A stretch of DNA of 64,000 nucleotides from Oscillospiraceae bacterium (GTDB lineage Bacteria; Bacillota; Clostridia; Oscillospirales; Oscillospiraceae): NCBI GenBank assembly GCA_017535865.1, contig JAFXTM010000059.1:40336-104335 (forward strand), given 5' to 3'. The notes below the pieces were generated by a model that did not search any database, was not told the origin of the DNA, and was given only the letters and a program-made list of their open reading frames with translations. Shown piece by piece: positions 46,427-53,184 of this stretch; the stretch's first letter is position 1; every line of letters starts with the position of its first letter. Made by a program: the position numbers and the translations under genes.

Positions 46427-46714
46427 ATGGCTAAAAAACTGTTTTCCGCGCCTTTCCTCATCCTGAGCGGCTGGGGCGGCGATGGCAGCGACGACGGCGG
46501 CGGCAGCGGCGGCTACACGGACGATCCCTCTGCATGGGATTACAACGAGTGGCTCGAGATCATGGTCGGCGGAGATGACAATGACGGAGACGGGGACATT
46601 GATAAGGGCGACTATATTCTCTGGGCGCTTGCAAATAATATAGATGCCGATACAATCGAGGCTCTGAACCCCGGCTGGGATTCCTATGATCCCACATATT
46701 ATAAAGCAAACTGA
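46427..46714 (+). CDS. 95-aa Gly/Asp-rich acidic protein: N-terminal lasso-leader-like motif plus one EF-hand/dockerin-type Ca2+ loop; candidate precursor/substrate of the downstream cassette
   Basis: SD aaggag lies 10 nt upstream of ATG 46427. Sequence: MAKKLFSAPFLILSGWGGDGSDDGGGSGGYTDD... FSAPFLILSG fits YxxPxLxxxG with F for Y. DNDGDGDIDKGD fits the 12-residue D-x-D-x-D-G-x-I-D-x-x-D loop (46577-46612). Confidence 0.5.
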   Translation: MAKKLFSAPFLILSGWGGDGSDDGGGSGGYTDDPSAWDYNEWLEIMVGGDDNDGDGDIDKGDYILWALANNIDADTIEALNPGWDSYDPTYYKAN

Positions 46715-46731
46715 CCTTGCATCAGATCATT

Positions 46732-46769
46732 AACAGAATAGCGTGGGATTACTCCCACGCTTTTCTGTT
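46732..46769 (+). terminator. Strong hairpin / attenuating terminator between the small acidic protein gene and the kinase gene
   Basis: 17-bp stem with one mismatch, aacagaatagcgtggga-ttac-tcccacgcttttctgtt. The T-rich tract lies within and after the 3' arm. Confidence 0.65.
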
Positions 46770-46780
46770 AGATAAACGTC

Positions 46781-47524
46781 ATGAAAGATTCTGTATTTGA
46801 AATCATGTATGCCGGGCATGCCCTGCGTTATTCTTTCCACGATGTCAACACGCGCTGGGAGTTCCGGTCTCTGGCCCGGCGATCGAGCGCAGAGACCTGG
46901 GATATCCGGGCGACGAAGGAGCAGCTCGAGCGTACGCGCGCCGTGCTCCCGGAGGACTCCCGGGACGCTTTTGTCGAGTTCCGCGCCCTGATCGGTCTGA
47001 CGAGCAGGGAACTGCTGAAATACGATTGCTGTATTTTCCATGGGGTCTCCTTCGTGTGGAAAGGCGCGGCGTTTCTTTTGACCGCGCCGAGCGGCGTCGG
47101 CAAGAGCACGCAGTTCTTCAACTGGCAGCGGCTGTTTCCCGGGGAGATCGCGATGATCTGCGGGGATATGCCCGTGCTCGAGCGCCGGGAGGACGGCAGC
47201 GTCTGGGCGCACCCCAGCCCCTGGAACGGGAAGGAGCGTCTCGGCGACCGCCGCCTCTGCGGCCCCGTGGCCGGGATCGTCCTGCTCGAGCAGGGGAGTG
47301 AGAACAGTATCTCCCCGCTTTCGCCGCACGACGCGATCACGCCCTTTTTCGGGCAGTTTCTGGTGCGCCCGGAAACGGAGGAGGAGATCCGTGCGCTCGC
47401 GCGTCTGATGGATCAGACGCTGCGCAACGTGCCCCTGTATAAGCTCGTGAATCTCGGCGACGACGCCTCGACCGCGCTCCTGCGCGAGACGCTCTCGCCT
47501 CTCGCGGAAGGAGGGAGCCCATGA
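46781..47524 (+). CDS. HPr kinase/phosphorylase C-terminal-domain-like kinase (HprK-related, RiPP/lasso-associated type)
   Basis: FHGVSFVWKGAAFLLTAPSGVGKSTQ matches the HprK P-loop block HG..V...G.GVLI.G.SG.GKS. There is no N-terminal HprK regulatory domain. It is translationally coupled (ATGA) to the PqqD gene. Confidence 0.7.
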   Translation: MKDSVFEIMYAGHALRYSFHDVNTRWEFRSLARRSSAETWDIRATKEQLERTRAVLPEDSRDAFVEFRALIGLTSRELLKYDCCIFHGVSFVWKGAAFLLTAPSGVGKSTQFFNWQRLFPGEIAMICGDMPVLERREDGSVWAHPSPWNGKERLGDRRLCGPVAGIVLLEQGSENSISPLSPHDAITPFFGQFLVRPETEEEIRALARLMDQTLRNVPLYKLVNLGDDASTALLRETLSPLAEGGSP

Positions 47525-47814
47525 CCGTTTATAAAGGCCGTCCCGGCGTCGTTCTGACGGAGATCGCCGGAGAGTACGTTCTCGTCGCGGCGAAGGCGCT
47601 GAAGGGGGAATGCCCCTATGTGATGCAGCTCAACGAGACCTCGGCCTTCCTCTGGCGTCAGCTGGGCTCCGGCATGAGCCTGGAACAGCTCGGGGAAGCC
47701 GTCGCGGAGGAGTACGAGATCGACGACCCCGCAGCGGCCCGCGAGGCGATCGTGGACTTTATCCGGCAGATGGTCGATCTGCATTATCTTGTGACGGAAG
47801 AACTGCCGTCCTGA
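47521..47814 (+). CDS. PqqD-family peptide chaperone (RiPP recognition element)
   Basis: 97 aa: ...EYVLVA...VMQLNETSAFLWRQLGSGMSLEQLGEAVAEEYEIDDPAAAREAIVDFIRQMVDLHYL follows the PqqD/RRE winged-helix pattern. Confidence 0.75.
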   Translation: MTVYKGRPGVVLTEIAGEYVLVAAKALKGECPYVMQLNETSAFLWRQLGSGMSLEQLGEAVAEEYEIDDPAAAREAIVDFIRQMVDLHYLVTEELPS

Positions 47815-47875
47815 GCGAAGGCACAGACGTCTTTTGTTCGGCAGACACTGTATGGATCAGAAACAGGAGGAGACT

Positions 47876-48193
47876 ATGTCAAAGAATAAGAAGAAAAAGA
47901 AGAGCGCGGGCGGCGCGGTGATCGTGCTTATCCTGCTCGTGTTGATGCTGGCTGCGCTGCTGGCTGTCAAGTTTTTCGGGATCGGTTCCCCGGCGCCAGC
48001 CGAGGTGACTGCCGCTCCCACCGAAACGCCTGTGGAGGAGACCGCGGTACCCGAGGCGTTGGAAGCGCCCGTCGTCGTGGAGAGCACCCCGGCTCCCACG
48101 CCGATGCAGCCCGGCGATGTGCCGGAGCTCCTCGAGGATGAGGGCGAGATCGAGATCATCATTCCGGACGATATGGAGGGCGAAGGCTTCTGA
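47876..48193 (+). CDS. Small single-pass membrane protein with a poly-Lys N-terminus and an acidic Pro/Glu/Val-rich ectodomain
   Basis: ATG 47876 lies 6 nt after SD aggagga. Sequence: MSKNKKKKKSAGGAVIVLILLVLMLAALLAV...EAPVVVESTPAP...EDEGEIEIIIPDDMEGEGF. Its stop overlaps the next start (TGATG). Confidence 0.5.
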   Translation: MSKNKKKKKSAGGAVIVLILLVLMLAALLAVKFFGIGSPAPAEVTAAPTETPVEETAVPEALEAPVVVESTPAPTPMQPGDVPELLEDEGEIEIIIPDDMEGEGF

Positions 48194-49395
48194 TGCCGGA
48201 GTCGAACGAAACCCGGGCGCTCTTTCTGGATCTGCTGCGCTGCGCGGTGCACGGAGAGAGCTTCGACGGACCGCTCTCTCGTGAGGCCGCGCCTGCTGTG
48301 GCCCGCCTGGCCCGGGAGCACAGCGTGCTCCCCCTGCTCGTTGAAGCGGGGGGAGCGCCTCTGCACGGCTATGCGGCCCACGCCAGGAGACTTACGATCT
48401 CTCAGGCGGGGCGCACAGCCGATTTTCTGCTGCTCTATGCCTTTCTGAATGAGCGTGGCCTGTACCCCGCCGTGATGAAGGGAATCGTGCTGCGCAGCCT
48501 CTATCCGCATCCGGAGCAGCGCGCCTCGACCGACGAGGATCTGCTGGTCCGTTCGGAGGAGTTTCCCCTCTACCACCGCGCCCTGCTGGATTACGGCCTC
48601 GCCCCGGTGAACCCGGATACAGATCTGGGGTCGAGCGATGAGGTCTCCTACGTGGACAAGTCCCGCGGCCTGTACATCGAGGTGCACAAGAACGCCTTCC
48701 CGCCCGACTCCGACATCTACAGGGACCTGGACGCGCTCTTTGCCGGCGCGCTGGACCGCTGCACGACGGTGACGGTCTACGGTCAGCCGATCACGACCCT
48801 CGTGCCGACCGACCATCTGCTTTATCTGCTCTGCCACGCCTTCAAGCACTTCCTGCTCAGTGGTGTCGGCATCCGCCAGGTCTGTGACGTCGGGATGTTC
48901 GCGGAGCGTTATGCGGGCGAGATCGACTGGGCCGCGGTCCGTGAGCGCTGCGAGAGCGTGAGGATCGCGCGGTACAGCGCCGCGCTCTTCCGCATCGCGG
49001 AGCGGCGTCTCGGCTTTGCCATGCCCCCGGCCTTCGCGGATCTGGAGGTCGACGAGAGCGACATGCTCGCGGATATCCTCACGGGCGGCCTCTACGGCAC
49101 AAGCGACGTCAATCGTGCGCACAGCAGCAGGATTACGCGGGACGCCGTCACAGCGCAGAAGCAGCAGCGCCGCAGATCCGGCGCACTTGCCGCGCTGTTC
49201 CCTCCATTTTCCAGCATGTGCTCCAGATTTCCATATCTGTGTCGCTTCCCCTGGTTGCTGCCTGTTGCCTGGGTGCAGCGTGTGTGGAACTATCTGTTTC
49301 GCCGTCGCCACCGTGCCCGGGCTAATCCCGCCGAGAGCGTACGGATCGGCAGGGAGCGCGTTCAACTCCTGCGGGAGTACGGGATCATCGATTAG
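48193..49395 (+). CDS. Uncharacterised nucleotidyltransferase family protein (PF14907 / NTP_transf_5-like)
   Basis: 400 aa. VMKGIVLRSLYPHPEQRASTDEDLLV (G-x-x...D-x-D Pol-beta-like NTase core) followed by ...IEVHKNAF... matches the family seen next to HprK-like and PqqD genes. Confidence 0.68.
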   Translation: MPESNETRALFLDLLRCAVHGESFDGPLSREAAPAVARLAREHSVLPLLVEAGGAPLHGYAAHARRLTISQAGRTADFLLLYAFLNERGLYPAVMKGIVLRSLYPHPEQRASTDEDLLVRSEEFPLYHRALLDYGLAPVNPDTDLGSSDEVSYVDKSRGLYIEVHKNAFPPDSDIYRDLDALFAGALDRCTTVTVYGQPITTLVPTDHLLYLLCHAFKHFLLSGVGIRQVCDVGMFAERYAGEIDWAAVRERCESVRIARYSAALFRIAERRLGFAMPPAFADLEVDESDMLADILTGGLYGTSDVNRAHSSRITRDAVTAQKQQRRRSGALAALFPPFSSMCSRFPYLCRFPWLLPVAWVQRVWNYLFRRRHRARANPAESVRIGRERVQLLREYGIID

Positions 49396-49508
49396 TACCA
49401 GGAAGAAGAAAAATCAAACCACAGCCTTATTCGTTGTAATCATCGAAACAAGCGAAATATGTCGAAACGAGCGGAGGGATTGTTCCATCCGGATATAGGG
49501 TAGTTTCA

Positions 49509-49546
49509 ACAGGAAACCATGAAAAACGTGGTTTCCTGTTTTTCTT
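49509..49546 (+). terminator. Rho-independent terminator ending the kinase-PqqD-NTase cassette
   Basis: 11-bp stem acaggaaacca/tggtttcctgt followed by ttttctt. Confidence 0.8.
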
Positions 49547-49606
49547 GATACCACCCAAAACTCAGCTGCATGTGACAAGGATTCGAAAAACAAAAAGAAA
49601 TTCTGC

Positions 49607-49635
49607 TTGATTAAAACAATAAACTGAGGTATAAT
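49607..49635 (+). promoter_or_regulatory. Sigma-A-type promoter of the ABC-exporter / EPS operon
   Basis: TTGATT (49607-49612), 17 nt, TATAAT (49630-49635), in an AT-rich 330-nt intergenic region. Confidence 0.5.
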
Positions 49636-49731
49636 ATTAAAAGTAGTTTTATGCCGTGTGGGTAACAAAAGGCTACAAATAAGCAACATAAAATGACAAC
49701 GAATTGACATAATCTACTGCGAGGCTGAAGA

Positions 49732-51516
49732 ATGGATAAAGAGACAAACGGAAACAAAGCATTCTTTAACTCGGTGCACACGCTTCGCATGCGTATTAAG
49801 GACGGGACCTTTAAGGAGATCCTGGACGACTGGAGATGGATCTTTTCCTACAGCAAGCGCTACAAGGGAGCGATTGCATTTTACGTCTTTCTGGGGATAT
49901 TCAGCACCTCGCTCGGTCTCGTGGCAAGCGTGGCCAGCAAATACATGATCGATATCATCACCGGGTATCAACGGGAAAAGCTGGGAATATTCATCGCGCT
50001 GACGTTGGGCAGCGCTGCTTTCAGCCTGACTTTCTCCAATCTGATCAAACGGATTACGAAAAAACTGAGCATCGATATCAACAACGACATCCAGGCGGAT
50101 ATTTTCGACCAGATCATCGACGTCGACTGGAAGGCGATCAACAAGTATTCCAACGGCGATATCCTCAACCGCTTCAATAACGACGTCGGCACGGTCAGCA
50201 GCAACGCGATCAGCTGGCTGCCCTCCATCATCATTTCGATCTACAATTTTATTGTCACCTTCCTGCTTATCTGGCATTACAACAAGGTGATGTCGCTCCT
50301 GGCTTTTGCCAGCGCGCCGATCATGCTGCTCATGTCCAAGTACCTGATCACCAAGCAGCGTGAGTACTCGAAAAAGGTTCGTGAGACCAGCAGCGAGATG
50401 ATGAGCTTTGAAGTGGAGACCTTCTATAATTTCGACGCCATCAAGTCCTTCGGCATCATGAAGACCTACGGGGTCAAGCTGCGGGACTTGCAGCAGAAGT
50501 TCAAGAAGATCAGCCTGGAACACAATATGTTCACGATCAAGACCGGCGTGTTCATGTCGATCCTCGGGATGATCATTCAATACACCGCTTTTGGCTATTG
50601 CCTCTATCTGTTGTGGAGCACCCAGATCACCTACGGTACGATGACGCTCTTTCTCGAGCAACGCGGCCGTCTGGCCAACGCCTTTAACAGCGTGATTGGC
50701 ATCATTCCCAGCTTCCTGACGAGTTCGGTTTCCGCCCACCGTATCCGCGAACTGATCGAACTGCCCAGAGAAAAGCACATCCCCGAGAGCGAGGCTCTGC
50801 GCGCGCTCGCACGGGACGGATTCGAGGTCCGTTTCCAGGACGTGGACTTTTCGTATTCGGAAGACCAACGGGTCATCAGCGATTCGGATTTCCGCGCGTC
50901 TCCGGGTGAGATAGTGGCGCTGGTCGGGCCCTCCGGCGAGGGCAAGACCACGATGATCCGCCTGATCCTCGGACTGATCTATCCCGAGCAGGGGAACGCG
51001 TTTCTTGTTGCCTCGGACGGCAGCCGCGTCGAGATGAACGCGGACAGCCGCTTCCTTTTCTCTTATGTTCCGCAGGGCAACGCAATCCTGGCCGGTACCG
51101 TCGCAGAGAACCTGCGCATGGTGAAAGAGGACGCAACGGACGCCGAGATCGAAGAAGCACTGAAAATCGCCTGCGCCTGGGACTTTGTCTCCCGGCTGCC
51201 GGAAGGGATTAACAGCAAGGTTGGCGAGCGCGGCCGTGGCTTTTCTGAGGGGCAGGCACAGCGTATTGCCATTGCCCGCGCAGTGCTGCGCGATGCTCCC
51301 ATCATGCTGCTGGATGAGGCGACCTCCGCGCTGGACGTCACCACCGAGCGGCAGGTCCTGCGCAACATCATTCGTCAGCGACCTAACAAGACCTGCATCG
51401 TGACGACACACCGGCCTACGGTGCTGAATATGTGCCAGCGTGTCTACCGGGTGATGAATACCCGTGTGACCGAACTGAGCGAGGAAGAATCCGGCCACAT
51501 GGTGATGGATTTCTGA
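49732..51516 (+). CDS. ABC exporter, fused TMD-NBD half-transporter (MsbA/McjD-like)
   Basis: 594 aa: six-TM ABC_membrane domain, then GPSGEGKTT, FSEGQAQRIAIARA, MLLDEATSALD. No C39 peptidase domain. Confidence 0.85.
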   Translation: MDKETNGNKAFFNSVHTLRMRIKDGTFKEILDDWRWIFSYSKRYKGAIAFYVFLGIFSTSLGLVASVASKYMIDIITGYQREKLGIFIALTLGSAAFSLTFSNLIKRITKKLSIDINNDIQADIFDQIIDVDWKAINKYSNGDILNRFNNDVGTVSSNAISWLPSIIISIYNFIVTFLLIWHYNKVMSLLAFASAPIMLLMSKYLITKQREYSKKVRETSSEMMSFEVETFYNFDAIKSFGIMKTYGVKLRDLQQKFKKISLEHNMFTIKTGVFMSILGMIIQYTAFGYCLYLLWSTQITYGTMTLFLEQRGRLANAFNSVIGIIPSFLTSSVSAHRIRELIELPREKHIPESEALRALARDGFEVRFQDVDFSYSEDQRVISDSDFRASPGEIVALVGPSGEGKTTMIRLILGLIYPEQGNAFLVASDGSRVEMNADSRFLFSYVPQGNAILAGTVAENLRMVKEDATDAEIEEALKIACAWDFVSRLPEGINSKVGERGRGFSEGQAQRIAIARAVLRDAPIMLLDEATSALDVTTERQVLRNIIRQRPNKTCIVTTHRPTVLNMCQRVYRVMNTRVTELSEEESGHMVMDF

Positions 51517-51537
51517 GGCCCGAAGGGGGATTCGCCC

Positions 51538-52287
51538 ATGATCGATCTGCATACACATGTTCTCCCTGGCATAGACGACGGCTCGACCGACATGGATATG
51601 TCGATGGAAATGCTGTTTATTGCGGCGGAAAGCGGCGTTGAGACGCTTGTCACCACACCGCACTGCAACATCCCCGGCGAGTTTGACAACTATGCCGACA
51701 AAGAAATGGAGCTCCTCTGGAACGGGCTCGAACAGGAGAGAGAACGCGCGGGTATTCCGATCCGACTCTGCCGGGGTATGGAAATCTTTGCTACGCCTGA
51801 CCTTCCGGAACTTCTGAGCGAAGAGAGAGTATGGACGCTGAACGGTACAAACTATTTTCTGACGGAGTTTGCTTTCGATGAGGACCCGGAATACTGCTGG
51901 CGTATCCTGGAAGAATGTGAGAGTCAGGGCTTTCGGCCAATCATTGCACACCCCGAACGGTACTTTTTTCTTCAGGATGATTTGCAGATCGCGTACGAAT
52001 GGTGTACCGCCGGTTATGGCTTGCAGCTGAACAAGGGCAGCCCGCTCGGCCGCTTCGGCCCCGAGGTGCAGCAAACGGCCATTGAGCTCCTGAATCACGG
52101 ATTGATCGCCTGTGTGGCGAGCGATGCGCACTATCCCCATCGGCGCAGCACGTATATGGGGGAGATTCGCCGCTTCCTGGAGGAGACTTACGGAGAAGAC
52201 TGCCTGTACCTCCTTCTGGAGGAAAACCCCGCACGTATCCTGCGGGGAGACAATTTGCTGGGAGTTGAACCGATCCCGTTTCTATAA
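51538..52287 (+). CDS. PHP-family protein-tyrosine phosphatase (CpsB/YwqE type)
   Basis: MIDLHTHVLPGIDDGS...TPH...AHPERY...ASDAH motifs. Confidence 0.85.
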   Translation: MIDLHTHVLPGIDDGSTDMDMSMEMLFIAAESGVETLVTTPHCNIPGEFDNYADKEMELLWNGLEQERERAGIPIRLCRGMEIFATPDLPELLSEERVWTLNGTNYFLTEFAFDEDPEYCWRILEECESQGFRPIIAHPERYFFLQDDLQIAYEWCTAGYGLQLNKGSPLGRFGPEVQQTAIELLNHGLIACVASDAHYPHRRSTYMGEIRRFLEETYGEDCLYLLLEENPARILRGDNLLGVEPIPFL

Positions 52288-52310
52288 AGAAAAGATAGAG
52301 GAAGTTGAGT

Positions 52311-53183
52311 ATGAGACGATTGAGGATATTCATTGTTCTGTTTTCCTTGTCGGTTTTTGCCGTCTATGCGATTAACAGCATACAGGAGAGAATGACCTCG
52401 GACTATGTGCCCCCGGTCATTCATGCGGAGTACGATGCGATCCAGTCGAGCGTTGCCGTTACGGATCAGGAACTGCTGACCGGCATGACAGCTTCCGACA
52501 ATCTCGATGGAGACGTTTCGGATTCGCTGGTCGTTGTTTCCAAGTCGAAGTTTATCTTCCGCGGGATGCGCCGCATCAAGTATGCGGCCTTCGACAAGAA
52601 CAACAATGTAGGCGTATATGAGCGCATGCTGACGTATACGGACTATGTGTCCCCGCATTTTTCACTCAGTCAGCCGCTCCGTTTTGTCGACGGAAACTCC
52701 GATGTTGATTATCTGAAAAACGTTTCAGCTTATGATTGCCTCGACGGGGATATCTCCAAGCAGATCATGATTACCTATGGGGAAAACCGGAGGATCAGCG
52801 ATACGACCAAGAGCCAGACGATCAATCTGCAGGTTACGAACAGCGCCGGAGATACGGCGACGCTTCAGCTTGAGGCGTTGCGGCAGGATTACACCTCCTA
52901 CAACCAGTATGCGCCTTCGCTGAGCGAGTATCTGGTATATACCGGCATCGGACAGCCGCTGACTCTTTCGTCCTATGTGAACGGGGTCTGGACGGGAAAC
53001 ACGGTCCGTACCTTCGCCGACACCGGCTATGATCCCAACACGGATGTGAGTATTGACTCCAGTTCCGTCAATTATAACGCACCGGGCGTTTATCCCGTCC
53101 CGTTCCAGCTTAGCCGCCTGAAAAATGACGGCGTGCGGGAATATCTGGGGACCAATACGCTTTTTGTGGTTGTGGAGGGTTGA
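52311..53183 (+). CDS. Membrane-anchored protein with Ig-like (DUF5011-like) extracellular domains; function unknown
   Basis: TM anchor, then repeated ...D.LDGD(V/I)S... motifs typical of bacterial Ig-like/DUF5011 modules. ATG 52311 lies 6 nt after SD agaggaag. Confidence 0.45.
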   Translation: MRRLRIFIVLFSLSVFAVYAINSIQERMTSDYVPPVIHAEYDAIQSSVAVTDQELLTGMTASDNLDGDVSDSLVVVSKSKFIFRGMRRIKYAAFDKNNNVGVYERMLTYTDYVSPHFSLSQPLRFVDGNSDVDYLKNVSAYDCLDGDISKQIMITYGENRRISDTTKSQTINLQVTNSAGDTATLQLEALRQDYTSYNQYAPSLSEYLVYTGIGQPLTLSSYVNGVWTGNTVRTFADTGYDPNTDVSIDSSSVNYNAPGVYPVPFQLSRLKNDGVREYLGTNTLFVVVEG

Positions 53184-53184
53184 A

